A DNA stretch of 41,449 nucleotides, from contig JBEWZL010000281.1 in assembly GCA_045837725.1 (NCBI GenBank), positions 1 to 41,449 of the forward strand, given 5' to 3'. Of this stretch, positions 11,584-23,633 are shown one piece after another. Each line of letters starts with the position of its first letter. Position 1 is the first letter of the stretch. The translations under genes were made by a program, and so were the position numbers. Under the pieces are notes generated by a model. That model did not search any database and was not told the origin of the DNA. It was given only the letters and a program-made list of their open reading frames with translations. This DNA comes from Vermamoeba vermiformis (Eukaryota).

Positions 11584-12993
11584 ATGTGGCACAGAAATAT
11601 TGGATCGAGTTGGATGTGCAACGCTGGAACAAACTCCTTTTCAGTTCAGCTTCCGTCCAGTGCCAAAAATAATGGTGTATTAGTTATAACTTGTGAAGCA
11701 CCGCATATCACTAGCAATCGCGAACCATTCATTCTGCACGACCAATCTGGATTGGCTCACCAAATGCCGTTAATAATCAAGACGGACGATTTCGCTAACT
11801 TTAATAACTTTAACATTACTGGTGGTTGTAGCGACCCAAAACAATATTTCAAAATCAGTTGCATAATTACTGGCTGGCCAAAAGAACTTCAAAATCCAAT
11901 CAAAAAATTCCGTTCGATTACAACCGTCGAAATTTCACCTGCAGAAGAGCTGAATATGCCTTATTATGGAAGATATCGCAAAAAAGGCACGGACAAATGG
12001 ATTGAAGGGACTCAAATTACATTCGACAGTTCTGACGAGATCTACGAATGTCAAGTCTATTACAAGATCAATAATCACGAACCTATTATGGCGATATATA
12101 GTCCTATTATGGATATCACCTGTATGTGGAAGAGTTTCAATATAGAATCGGAGGCAAATATCGATCTGGAAAAATTGATCAACAACAAATTTTCAATTCA
12201 TTTCAATCCAAACCATTTCTATAATACTCAATACAAAGCAACATTGAAATTAATAGCACCAGCTGGCAAAGAGATTGTCGTAAAATCGGTGGATCTAGAT
12301 CAAGTTGTCGAAGACTTTCCGTTGATTGCTGAAGCACAATATGAATACAAAATGACAATTATGAACCTTAATGTATCATATACTAAGATTTTTACAACGT
12401 CTGTCGTAGCGCCAGTCGATAATGGCTTATGGATGAAACACTTTGGTGACGTGGATCAGCGCACTTTAACTTATCGTACTTGCAAAAGAATTGAGAGTTG
12501 GGCTGATTGGGAGACAGGAGAACGCAATGACTTTGACGTTGATGTTTCATTTCGGTACTTGACCTTAAAGAAAAATGGATTTTGGGAGATCAAGCACGAG
12601 TACCAAGCATTCGATCTTTGTCCTCTAGAAGAAAAAGCAAGGTTTGGCGGTACTTTTAAATTATACGCAGCTAATTCTGGGAATTTGAAGATTAAATTGG
12701 TCAGAGTATACTCGTCAAAAGCACCAAAGCCTCTGTGGTCCCTGAAAAGTTCGCAGATGTGCGAATCCGTCATTCAGCGAACAGTCCTACCCGCACTCCA
12801 ATTACAAGATATAATTAAGTATATATCCCGCTTTGTTAGTGGCCCCCATGCGAAACTAGAAATGAGACTTGTTTGCAAAAACTGGTGTTTGGCAATATTA
12901 ATTCCCGATGCTATCTGCGGCACGATCTCGGCAACGTCTGCTAAAATATTTGGCTTTGAGTATAGTTTCGAAGAGTCACGCAAAGAAAGATAA
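11584..12993 (+). CDS. Beta-rich hypothetical protein with F-box-like motif near the C-terminus
   Basis: 469-aa ORF; LQLQDIIKYISRFVSGPHAKLEMRLVCKNWCLAI resembles an F-box. Upstream intron about 11501-11581, so the true start is uncertain. Confidence 0.7.
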   Translation: MWHRNIGSSWMCNAGTNSFSVQLPSSAKNNGVLVITCEAPHITSNREPFILHDQSGLAHQMPLIIKTDDFANFNNFNITGGCSDPKQYFKISCIITGWPKELQNPIKKFRSITTVEISPAEELNMPYYGRYRKKGTDKWIEGTQITFDSSDEIYECQVYYKINNHEPIMAIYSPIMDITCMWKSFNIESEANIDLEKLINNKFSIHFNPNHFYNTQYKATLKLIAPAGKEIVVKSVDLDQVVEDFPLIAEAQYEYKMTIMNLNVSYTKIFTTSVVAPVDNGLWMKHFGDVDQRTLTYRTCKRIESWADWETGERNDFDVDVSFRYLTLKKNGFWEIKHEYQAFDLCPLEEKARFGGTFKLYAANSGNLKIKLVRVYSSKAPKPLWSLKSSQMCESVIQRTVLPALQLQDIIKYISRFVSGPHAKLEMRLVCKNWCLAILIPDAICGTISATSAKIFGFEYSFEESRKER

Positions 12994-13146
12994 GCTAATG
13001 TTGCTATAGCAAATAATAAAGTTACTGTTGTAAAATAAAACGTATTCGTAATAATAAACAAAAATCGAGCTGATCCGTGACAAACTTAAAGAATTGCACC
13101 ACATTAATTAGGATTCATATAGTATTGCTGAATTATCGTTTCGGAG

Positions 13147-14637
13147 TGTTACGCCGAAAAGTGGCAACGACATAAAACGGCAACTTTGGTAGACACATTT
13201 TGTCATCGCACCAATGGGCCATAGAAGTGATGCATAATATTTGAAAAGCCTCCCTAAGCACAATGGAGGCTTTTTTTGGTCGTTTGACCGTTACAACATG
13301 ATTTTTTGCCGATCGGCCCATCAGTGCTAAAAAACAACTGAACACCACAACTCCTGGGGTCGACATCGCAATATTTAATGATATATATTATGTACATTAT
13401 TGTTTCGCTTACTTTCATAATACATGAGGCTTAGAATTAGTAAATCCAGTGATCATCAAGCTGATCAACAGATTTGACTACAGGAGGTGTTGTATGGCCC
13501 GTATATGCCATCTATACACTATATATATATATATGCCAATACTTTACTGGGCTAATTAGAGCTTTAACAATTGGAGTAAGCCACATCCGAACTAGATTTA
13601 GTTTTTAAGCTCTTTTTTGTATCTTGAGGCTTTCTCAATATTATTGCCCATCAATATCCCGCGGAAATATTGTTTTGCATCGGCCAAATACTCCTGTCAG
13701 TCTACTAGTGTTTGAGTTGGGCAGATAGTTTCTAGTTTTTAATGCTGGATCTTGCTTACCCAATATATAACAAAAAATAGCATGCAGTGCACGTCATAAT
13801 ATATATTTTACAAAATATAAATGTAAATTTTATGGCCACAAAAGCTTACGGTTGAGGAAAACGGACAAATCCAGCCATTGGATCAAAGCCTCGAATTACG
13901 GCACATGCTCGCACAACGCTAAATGACCTGTAATAATTATAAACATATGAATTAAGGCTCGGAAAGTAACAAACGATCGCAACTCCTCATCAACTCATCA
14001 CTTCCATACCAATTTTCAAATCAGATTCAGTTTTTAGGCGCAATTTTTAAAAGTGCCGAGTTTACTGATAAATCGCAGCAAACTGCAACGGAAACAAAAG
14101 ATGTTATTAACCACATCAAAGTAATGATATTTCTTAATTAATTGTTGAGAACAGCAGCGCAGCAGAAGAAATAAGTTAAAAAAAAATGTAGATTCGGATT
14201 TGACCCATCAAGACAGCTGCTGATATAACAAAGGCAATATTATATTTATATACGTACATTTATATCGTGCGCACGAAGGAGAATTAAATTCGAAGGTTGT
14301 CTAAGCAAGATCGCGGATTGAGCAGCCACGATCTGGCTTACCTGGGCAGCAGTGCGTAAATGATTTCGTGCACATGAATTTCTATATATATTGAAGTATA
14401 TGAGCAATGTTTGGTGCAATTTTACGTGTTGGTGTGGTTCAATCTACATTTGTCAAAACGAATCTCCAAAAATGGTCGCAAGTGACCGTTACAACTTCAA
14501 AAAGCCTCCCAATTCAATCAGGGAGGCCAAAAAATACTGTCGCTACCCATAGTCACTCGCTACGGGGCGTTACAAAAATCGAAACCAAATGGCAACTTGG
14601 TTGCCGTTTTATGGCGTTGCCATATTTCGGCGTAACA
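13147..14637. mobile_element. Non-autonomous TIR DNA transposon, TGT...ACA ends, 5-bp TSD CGGAG (Ginger2/TDD-like ends)
   Basis: Left end TGTTACGCCGAAAAGTGGCAACGACATAAAACGGCAAC; reverse complement of right end TGTTACGCCGAAATATGGCAACGCCATAAAACGGCAAC (3 mismatches). CGGAG at 13142-13146 and 14638-14642. No transposase ORF inside. Confidence 0.88.
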
Positions 14638-14732
14638 CGGAGCACGATCCTGATTCACCCTTGCCGAGAGTTCGAAATGTGGCAACGAGATCTCGGTGAA
14701 AATCTTTCTGATACGTAATCTACCAGATATTA

Positions 14733-14816
14733 TTAATATCGGGTATTTATTATAATACTATGTACATTGGTTTCTTCGAATTCGAGTTTAACAGCAAAAG
14801 TTGTATTAAATAATTG

Positions 14817-14881
<65 letters not shown>

Positions 14882-15302
14882 CGCAGCATCCGCGGTGTTT
14901 CTTTGATAAGATGACCGCGAAGATGAACAGCAGCAACAAAAATGCAATGCCAAGAATGTACCATATAAAATCTAATACGACGTAGCTATTTGAATAAGCC
15001 ACAAGGTATAAGACCAAAGCAACGACGTTGAGGGCAATCATGCACATGGATACGACACAGAAGAGCACTAACGGGAACTTGGCAATCTTAGCAGCACCCC
15101 AAACACCAAATATAAATAGAGCTACTTCTACGCAGCCTACTGCTAAGCCAACAGGATTCGCTACGGAGACATTGGCGCTCGATCCACTTTGTGATAAAAT
15201 GACCTCGCCTGTGATGGAATAGACGATGGTCAAAACACCAATGCCGAGTAGAATAACGCAGCCGATAATCAAAAGAATACGCAGAGCAAGATGACGACCC
15301 AT
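14733..15302 (-). CDS. Small four-TM membrane protein (tetraspanin-like topology) whose 3' end runs into a poly(A) tract
   Basis: Four hydrophobic segments and FIFGVWGA after TM2. Probable 5'-UTR intron upstream. C-terminus uncertain because of the A62 run. Confidence 0.7.
14820..14881. repeat. T62 homopolymer (A62 on the coding strand)
   Basis: Uninterrupted T run directly visible. Confidence 0.97.
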
Positions 15303-16205
15303 AGAGATACTGTTCCGGATCTGTAATGGATGCGATTAAAAAACTTGATCGCTTATAATATATGCTAGTATTGACAATAAACAAATACTATGGACTTGAT
15401 AGTGTTTTATACTTACGTATTAACTTGATTTGAGGCTTATCGTTCGGAAATGTTGAATGAAATAACCGTTGTATCCTCGTACACTTTATGTCCGCATCGG
15501 AGGTGACACTTTTCGCACGTTTTCCGGAAGAACAACGACGATGTGATCAATTCATCGAATAGCGTTTCAAAATTGCGTAAAATCTAAAAGTGAATCACTT
15601 CAGCCGATTTGTAGGTGTATTTACATTTATCCGGTTGGCTTCATTGCAATTATTGCTCATATTATTAACAATGTCGCTGATGAATCCTACACGAACAAAT
15701 AGTGTTAATAAGCGTGCAATAATGAGGAGTTGCAAGAAATTCTTTGTTTGAAAAAAGCGGATTACAAAATTATTTGTGTTCGTAATTATTGTTATTAATT
15801 TCAAAGGTGATTCTAATAAACAAAAAATATTTATTCAACCTCCGAACTTCCACTTACCGATGAACAGCTGTTCATAGTTATAATTTAAATTAATTATTGC
15901 CAGTCCTTTTCCCGCGTAATATTAACTTAACTTATAGAAATATCATCTCGAGAAAATGTATTGATGTCCGAGATACGAATCTGTTTGGTGCTCGAGCAAT
16001 AAAATCAACGAAAAAAAAAAAGGACTAAAAATTTGACCGTTTTGTGGTCTTGAGTTGCGCATTGGTCAGTGATTAGTCCTGTAACACCAACACCAAAAAA
16101 GACATCAATTCTGCACAAAAAGTCCACAAGCCACCGATTTGCTTACCTTAGCGCCTGTCCGATCCACTTGTAATTTTATTCGGCTCATTGATTGATTTAT
16201 GCGCA

Positions 16206-19080
16206 ATGGGGCAACAAACCACGTCACTCCGCACAACTAATAATCGAGAAAACGATGCTGAAGTGCCTACTGCCTTCACTGAGGTAAATAGAACATCTTT
16301 GCCGTGATCTGTCAAAATTAATTCTAAAAGAAATTAAGCTATCGATTTACGTGATCGCTCAAATGTTTCTCATATTATTTTAAAATTATTTATCGGATAA
16401 TTTAAATTTTTGAATTTTGTAGTCAAGAATTAGCTGGGATGCAGGATCGGTTTTCGCACCAAATGGCTTCTTCCCTCCCGAAATCATCATACATATTCTT
16501 AAACACGCAGATATGATGACTTGCATTCGTTCATCACAATCGTGCAAGCTTTGGTACGAATCTTCAGTTCAAGAAGTGTATAAAGTACGTCACATACGCA
16601 CCTTTGGCTATTAATACTTACTATTATCAATAGCATTTGTATATAGAACGATACGGAGTAGCTAACACATCGGAATCGTCAGATGATAATTGGAAGGTAA
16701 AATTCAGTCGTCGCGCATTCATGGATCAAAACTTGGCCAAAGGAATGTAAGTCCGATATAGGCACTCTAGATACGCTGATATAATATTTATGATACTTAT
16801 TAATATATTTGATAGTTGGTGGGCCGAAGCTCTATCGTCATATCATTTCCCGCAGATGCGAGCTTTTTCCTACGTCGCTAGCTTCGAAGGCAACAAAGTG
16901 ATCATTAATAATCATCATATATTTAACTCGTAAGATTATATTAATACATTACTATAGTGCTAAACTCTAATAGCAACACGTGCAATTAATCTGTAGATCT
17001 AATCATAACGAAAAATTCTTCGAAAATGCGTATTTGCTGGATCTGAACACGATGGTGAAAGAACCGATTCCATATGGCACTATATTTGCAAATGGATTCA
17101 AACTTAGGACCTTAGCATGCGATGATCATGATTACTTTAACTGGCAAAAATTTGAAGTGAGTGACGGCACGACAACGCGTACAATAGGTAAGAAACTGAA
17201 AAAATATACTTTTGTATACGTTTACACTGTAAATCTAATGAAATTATTTGTAGCAAGAAAAAATCCGGTGCCTGCACTCGAACATTTTGAACCTTTGTAT
17301 CTCTATTATTACGATATTTTTGTCAATATGGATGGCAGCCCGACAGTATTGACAACAAACGACATCAGACATAATAAGTATGATATTGCACGATTTCTTG
17401 AAGTCGTAGATCTGAGATCTGGCGAAAAAATTGCCCAACTCGAAATTTCTGCAAAGAAAATCTTGGGTTTCATCGTAAGTATTAATTTTCATGAAAATTC
17501 GAGATATAAGACTAAGAAGAATATTGCTTCTTTAGGGAGATACTGTCATTGCGTATTCCAACACCATGGAACTCAAGTTTATTAATATTTTCATGAATAA
17601 GTGGGAAAACTTACAGTTTGATGACCCGGAGTATGCAATAAGCGTTCATTATTGCAAAGAAAGTAATTTGGTACGTTCAACTGGGCATGTCAAAAGTGAC
17701 ACGTGTCACCAATTTTTTTCACGTGTCAAAATCTGACGACATTTGCAGCTCGGCTGTTGTCTCGGTCAAGAAGGAATAATACAATTTTATAGCTGGCCTA
17801 GTTTAAACTTAGTTTCTACGCTTAATGTAAAGCAGATTATTCCGCCTCCGAAGGAGTACCAAGCCTTCGACGACTACCAGGTAAATCTGAATTTCCGATA
17901 TTTAAATAATTAAATAATTATATTAATTATTTTACGAACGAAACTTACAAGTGCAAACTTCTTCCGTATGAAAATTATTAAATATTTCCGCCACTAGATC
18001 CGAGCCTTTGCGTTTGACAAATCAAAAGTTATTGTGGCGATATCAACACAATCAACATTCTACGCAGTATTTGATAAGCGAACTAGCGAATTAATTCAAA
18101 CGTTCTTCAATACTTCTGATGCGCAGAACATTTCTGAAGGAGCGTTTCATTTGGCACCCAACGGAAAAATTGTGACGGACTTTCGGTAGGTGGCAAATTA
18201 TTTCGTAATTTAACTAACGGGACTGTTATAATCCATTATAATAATCTAAAGAGTACACTATTTCGTATTCAGCTAACAACTGACGTTTTTTCGGATCTGA
18301 ATTAATTTTGTTGAATTTTCTAGAAATTTGACCGTATATGATTTCGCATCACCAAAAATATACCAAAAGATACCAGTAATTATTGCCGAAGTAAAACAGC
18401 CAAAAGGAACAACGACCTCAAAAATTGTCAAGAAAAGAATTGCCGCTGTCAACCTCTCAAAATTTGCAGAGCGTCAAATTGACATGGTGCCAATTCAGCA
18501 TTATACATATTTCAAGTATGTAGTGCGTAATTACACATGAATTACCAACTTTCGTTAATTTATTAAAATTTAATTTCCATATTAGGCAAGATACCAAAGG
18601 TCGACGATATCGAATTACCGGAATTGCCAGTCAACCATTAAATTGGAAGAAATCTCACGCGGTCGATTGGTCTCAATTATCTGACTACTTGGCGGCGTGG
18701 GACAGCGAAAATGAAGTCCGAAATACGTTTCAACTTACATTTTGTAATCGCCTTTATCAAGAATACCCGCATTATCATCCGTAAGTCCCAATATATATTA
18801 TGACAATAATAGGTTTTTTTCGTTAAAATCAAACAATTCGACACTGATCGTGTTAAGATCTTGATTCTTTGTAACAAATAACAGGCTCTAAAACGCTTAA
18901 ACCCTTGTTAAAATCATTGATTGACATTGATATTTATTTAGGTTCATAACTTGGAACCGTATCAGCAAAGTCCTGTTCGTTTATGAACGACTCAATGAAC
19001 AGACGAACGAATGGGAATTTGCAGAGCCAATCGGATTGGAAGACTTGTTGGACAAAAATACTAGCGTACTTGAACAATAA
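16206..19080 (+). CDS. Multi-exon F-box protein with beta-rich region, paralog B
   Basis: Starts MGQQTTSLRT; F-box PNGFFPPEIIIHILKHADMMTCIRSSQSCKLWYES. Shares FAFDKSK, HLAPNGKIVTD, YDFASP, YRITGI, EVRNTFQ and EPIGLE with paralog A. Stop at 19078-19080. Confidence 0.82.
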
Positions 19081-19234
19081 TAACGCTTTAAATGTAAAAT
19101 AAGTTAAAACGTTGAACTTTTTTTGCCTTGTTGACATTCTGTTATTTTTCCCTGAGTTGATAAATTAGAACAACACGGCACAAATTGCTATTCATTTTGA
19201 TTATGATGAGTATCATTAACAACCATAGGACATT

Positions 19235-21105
19235 ATGGAGAAAAACACGATCGACGAAAGAGTCAACGTAATCTTGCGCAATCTGAGCGAAACTTTGCCT
19301 AAAGACGAAGATGGTGCAGCAGGTAAAATAAAAATATGAATTTTCCACGATAATTTACTCGTATCCATAAACAACCAAGCCACATCTAGGTTGGCGCCCT
19401 TTCAAAATTAAAATTAAAATGTTAAAAAGCGTTATTTCAATCCAAACTGAACAGTTATATTAACAACCTATTGTATCTAAGCGTTGAAAAATATTTTGCT
19501 CAAAAAAGAACACCCTCGCATCTACTGGGGAACAGCAACAACAGGAAAACCTCACTTGGGCTACTTTGTTCCCATGTACAAAATTGCCGACTTCTTGGCT
19601 GGTAAGTTATTAAATTAATGTCATAGTCAGAATTACTTAATTCTTCCTCGGAAGAGTGCGGGTCTTTTTGAGATCTGCGGATCGATTGCTTAAATCGAAC
19701 CTTAAATAATCTCTTTCATAAATTATTCCGTTATAGTTACAATATCTATGTTTTTGTACCTACAGAGGCTAATAATTTTCTTATAGCTGGTTGTGAGGTA
19801 ACGATCTTGTTCGCGGATTTGCACGCTTTCCTCGACAACATGAAGAGCGACTGGGATCAATTGAACATTCGTGTCCAATGGTACCAATTCATTATTAAAG
19901 GTATGCCGTATTATTTCGCGTTACAAAAGTAACTAGACGACTAAATTCATTTCTTGATTTAGAAATGCTGAAAGTTATTGGCGTACCTTTGGATAAATTG
20001 AAGTTTATTAAAGGCTCTGAATACCAATTACCCGATATTTCGAACAAAGACGAAGCACGCAACAGATACACGATCGATTTATACCGGATGTGCGCAATAT
20101 TGACCTCTGAGCATACCTCTCACGTAAATAACGCCTATAATTGCTTTAAACCCTTCATATTTGCTATTATTATTGAAAATACGTATATTTGGTTATCAAC
20201 CCAAAAACGATGACAGATACGCTTCAGAATGTACTTGTCTTTCTTATCGTTTATGATGTTTTCAAAATTTATCTTTTAAATACGTAGCATAAGGCTCTAA
20301 CTTCGGTTGCATGCTTAGGCCGGTGCTGCAGTCGTCAAACAAGTCGCTAGCCCTCTCATGTCTTCACTGCTCTACCCTATTCTCCAAGCAATCGACGAAG
20401 AATATTTAGGCGTTGATATTCAGTTCGGTGGTGTCGATCAGCGAAAAATATTTACTTTTGCACGAGAACATTTACCAAAACTCGGTTACAAACGAAGGTA
20501 AGAAAATTGTCGAACTGGATCTCGCTTAGCTCATATTATATCTTAGTATTAATATTACTTTTATGTTTTAGAATGCATTTAATGAATCCTCTCGTGCCAG
20601 GTTTGGGTAAAAGTGGAAAAATGTCATCGAGCGAACCTCTTTCGAAGATCGACTTTGACGACACCGACGAAGTCATCCGTCAAAAGCTAGAGCTTGCGCA
20701 TGCCATTGAGGGAGAAGTAGAAGGCAATGGCATGCTTGCTATGCTGAAGTACGTTATTTTCCGACGCATAGAAAGTCAAAAGCGGTCCTTCCAAGTGACC
20801 ACTCGCGATGGTCTTTTCGAGTTTTTTTTGACTTACAAAGAAGTTGAAAGCGCATTTGAAGAGAGTAAGTAATAATCAACATGATAAGCAAATTCTTATA
20901 ATATATCATAGAGAAAATTTCTTCGGATGAGTTGAAACCTGCTGTCGCCGAAGAATTAATCGCTTTAATCTCTCCATTACGCGATGCTATTCACGCGAAT
21001 CAAGTATGTAGTTGTACGATCATAATTAAGCGATGTTAACATTAATTTCAGGAGCTAATGATGGCTGCCTACCCTGCAGTTAAGAATTTTGAAACAAGGC
21101 AGTAA
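19235..21105 (+). CDS. YARS: Tyrosyl-tRNA synthetase, eukaryotic/archaeal type
   Basis: [16 protein letters not shown] (HIGH-type), [50 protein letters not shown] (KMSKS-type), spread over multiple exons. Confidence 0.95.
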
Positions 21106-21293
21106 GGCTCAATTTGGGCTGAGTCAGAAAATTAGTTGCACAAATATTTAGATTAATCGTTAGTAAATAAAGTCTTTTTTTTTCGTTTGCTTCAACGAAA
21201 TAATTGTAGGTAATTTTGTCTTGTCTGAACTGAAAATTTAAATTTACCGTTACACTGTAAGGTTATTCATTATTTTTATCTAACTTAAACACA

Positions 21294-23526
21294 ATGGAAG
21301 ACAAAGCAGATAAGACATCGTCGGCATCGAGCCTTACAGTTCCCTCCATCGAAAAGGATCGATCTCCAAGACGCGAGAAGAAAGACAAGGAATCCAGCCG
21401 AAAATCTTCTTCTGGCAATGTGGTCGCCGATATTATGCAATTAATGACCAGACAGACTGGTATAGTGCACGAAAAGGATATCACCGAATGCCCAGTTGAA
21501 TTTGTAACGGTTTATTCGGATCGAGCGGAAGTTACGCGCAAAGTCAGCGCAAAAATTGAAAAAGAAGGTAATTATAGTACCGATCATATTATATGATTAA
21601 CCAAGTATGCCGCTAATTAACTAAATTATTTAAATTTTTTTAGGCGTTCAAAAAATCACCATCCAAGGTTTCCCGACTACCGGTAAGCTATTTGTTTAAA
21701 TATTATTACTAAATACGGTATTAACGTAATAATTTAGCGGTCGAGCAAAGCTTTAGAATGTCAGGCGGTGCCGGCCACGCAACGATCTTCGAAGTTGGTC
21801 TTGAAACTAAAACCATTACTACGCCTCCAAAAGAGGTCACTCCCGATTTGACCAACAGATTGGAAGAGATCCCCGTGGAACTTGAAGTTTTGGCGACTAA
21901 TATGCAATGCTTAGAGGTACGACAACAGATTCACATCCGAAATTTAAATTTTCTGCATCTCGTTCTGATCTTGGTCTTAATCCTTAGGAAGAAAAGCGGT
22001 GGCTTAATGACGTATCACAAAATAAGAAGGACATCACTGAGAACAATATTATGGGTCTTCAAGAGGTCTCCAACTACTTTAAATTCTTCAGCGAAACCAT
22101 GGCTCGTTTGAACGGAGAAATGCACCAAATCAAAGAAAAAATTAAAGGTATGCATATACTAATGATATTATATATTTTATTAACATACTTTCTTTTAGCT
22201 CTCAACAAAGAACGAGATCAAATCCGCGCCGAAATCACCAATCGAGGTTACACTCATTCTTATACCCGTCGCGACTTTTCAATCACTTTCTACTCACCTG
22301 GCGACACTAAACTAGTCCTTCAAGTGACTTATTTGGTCAACCAAGTCAATTTCAGCACTTCTTACGACATCCGCGTAGCCATGAATCCGCCAGATCCGTT
22401 GAGCTGCCAATTGATGTACTTTGCCGACGTGCGTAACAACTCATCAGAAGATTGGGTCAACGTCAAGATGGCGATATCTACTGCTCGCCCTGCTGTCGGC
22501 AGCACGCCTCCCAAATTAGGCGCGCGTCGATTGCGCATCCACCAACCAGTCGTGTACCGCGAAAAACGTCGTGATCGCAAAGCAGCACCATCGTACAGCT
22601 CAGCCAGAGCAATGATTGCTGAGGAGAAAATGAGCGATGACGCGTACATTGACAACGAGGATGACTCCATGAACGAACCTTTGCCCGAAGTTGCCATCAT
22701 TACCTCCACCGTCGAGCAGTCCGTGCTGGGCAGCGTTACTTTCCACGTGCCTCAACCGTGCAATGTTCCTGCTGATGGCAAGGGCCACAAAGTAAGTACA
22801 ATACTAAATAGGAATAGATTACGATAATATTTGAAATATATTACGACCTACATACACTTTTTTGAATAGAGCGAATTATCTTTCTATGTTCTAATGATTT
22901 TTTTTTGTCAGATCTGCATCGCCATGATCAATCTGGACATGAAAATTGTTCATGAAGCAGTGCCGTCTCTTTCTAGCAGCGTGTACATGCGAGCCAGCGG
23001 CAAGAACAATTCCGCTTATCTGTTGTTGCCTGGCAGCATCAATGTGTTCTTGAACGGAAGTTTCTTGACCACATCCAGCCTCGGGTTGACGAACAAAGAC
23101 GAAGATTTGCAATTCTATTTGGGCGTTGATGACAGCGTCAAATTGGTTATTAAACCGGAAGAAGTTGTCACTGGCAAGACTGGCATCATTAGAAAGAGCA
23201 AAATCGAAAATACTAAGAGATCTATCACTATTAAGAATACCAAGCCTATCCCTGTAAGTTTAAAAAATTCATATATTTATTCCGCGTTTTTTCTAACCTA
23301 TTTTTAGATCGATATTCAAATTACGGAACCGTGCCCGACGTCGCAAGATGAATCGATCAAAGTCAAGCTGCATGAACCAGAGATCAAAGAAAATGATAAA
23401 TCAATCGTTCGTGATGACAAGAACAATCTTCAATGGACGTTGAGTGTCGCTGGTGGCAAAGAAAAAGTGATCGGATATCATTATTCCGTTGAATATCCTG
23501 CGGAGAAGCAGATCGAATTCTTTTAA
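21294..23526 (+). CDS. DUF4140/DUF4139 (MuiA / F37C4.5-like) protein
   Basis: VEFVTVYSDRAEVTR, coiled coil, LQVTYLV...YDIRV, NNSSEDWVNVKMAISTARP, LLPGSINVFLNGSF, LGVDDSVK; ends YSVEYPAEKQIEFF*. Confidence 0.88.
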
Positions 23527-23633
23527 AACCTTAGCCTTGCATCCTCTATTTATATAATAAAATACCTTATTTTTACTTTAAAAGTGCAATAAGGACCCGG
23601 GCAACTAAAAAATTCGTATAAAAAACGAATTGA

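Noticed and set aside
13244-13277. Hairpin plus T-run resembling a bacterial intrinsic terminator
   Set aside because: Eukaryotic context; it mirrors a palindrome at the other end of the TIR element.
13133-14718. ORFs 13133-13366 (-) and 14407-14718 (+) with similar peptides
   Set aside because: The similarity comes from reading across the TIRs; no transposase motifs.
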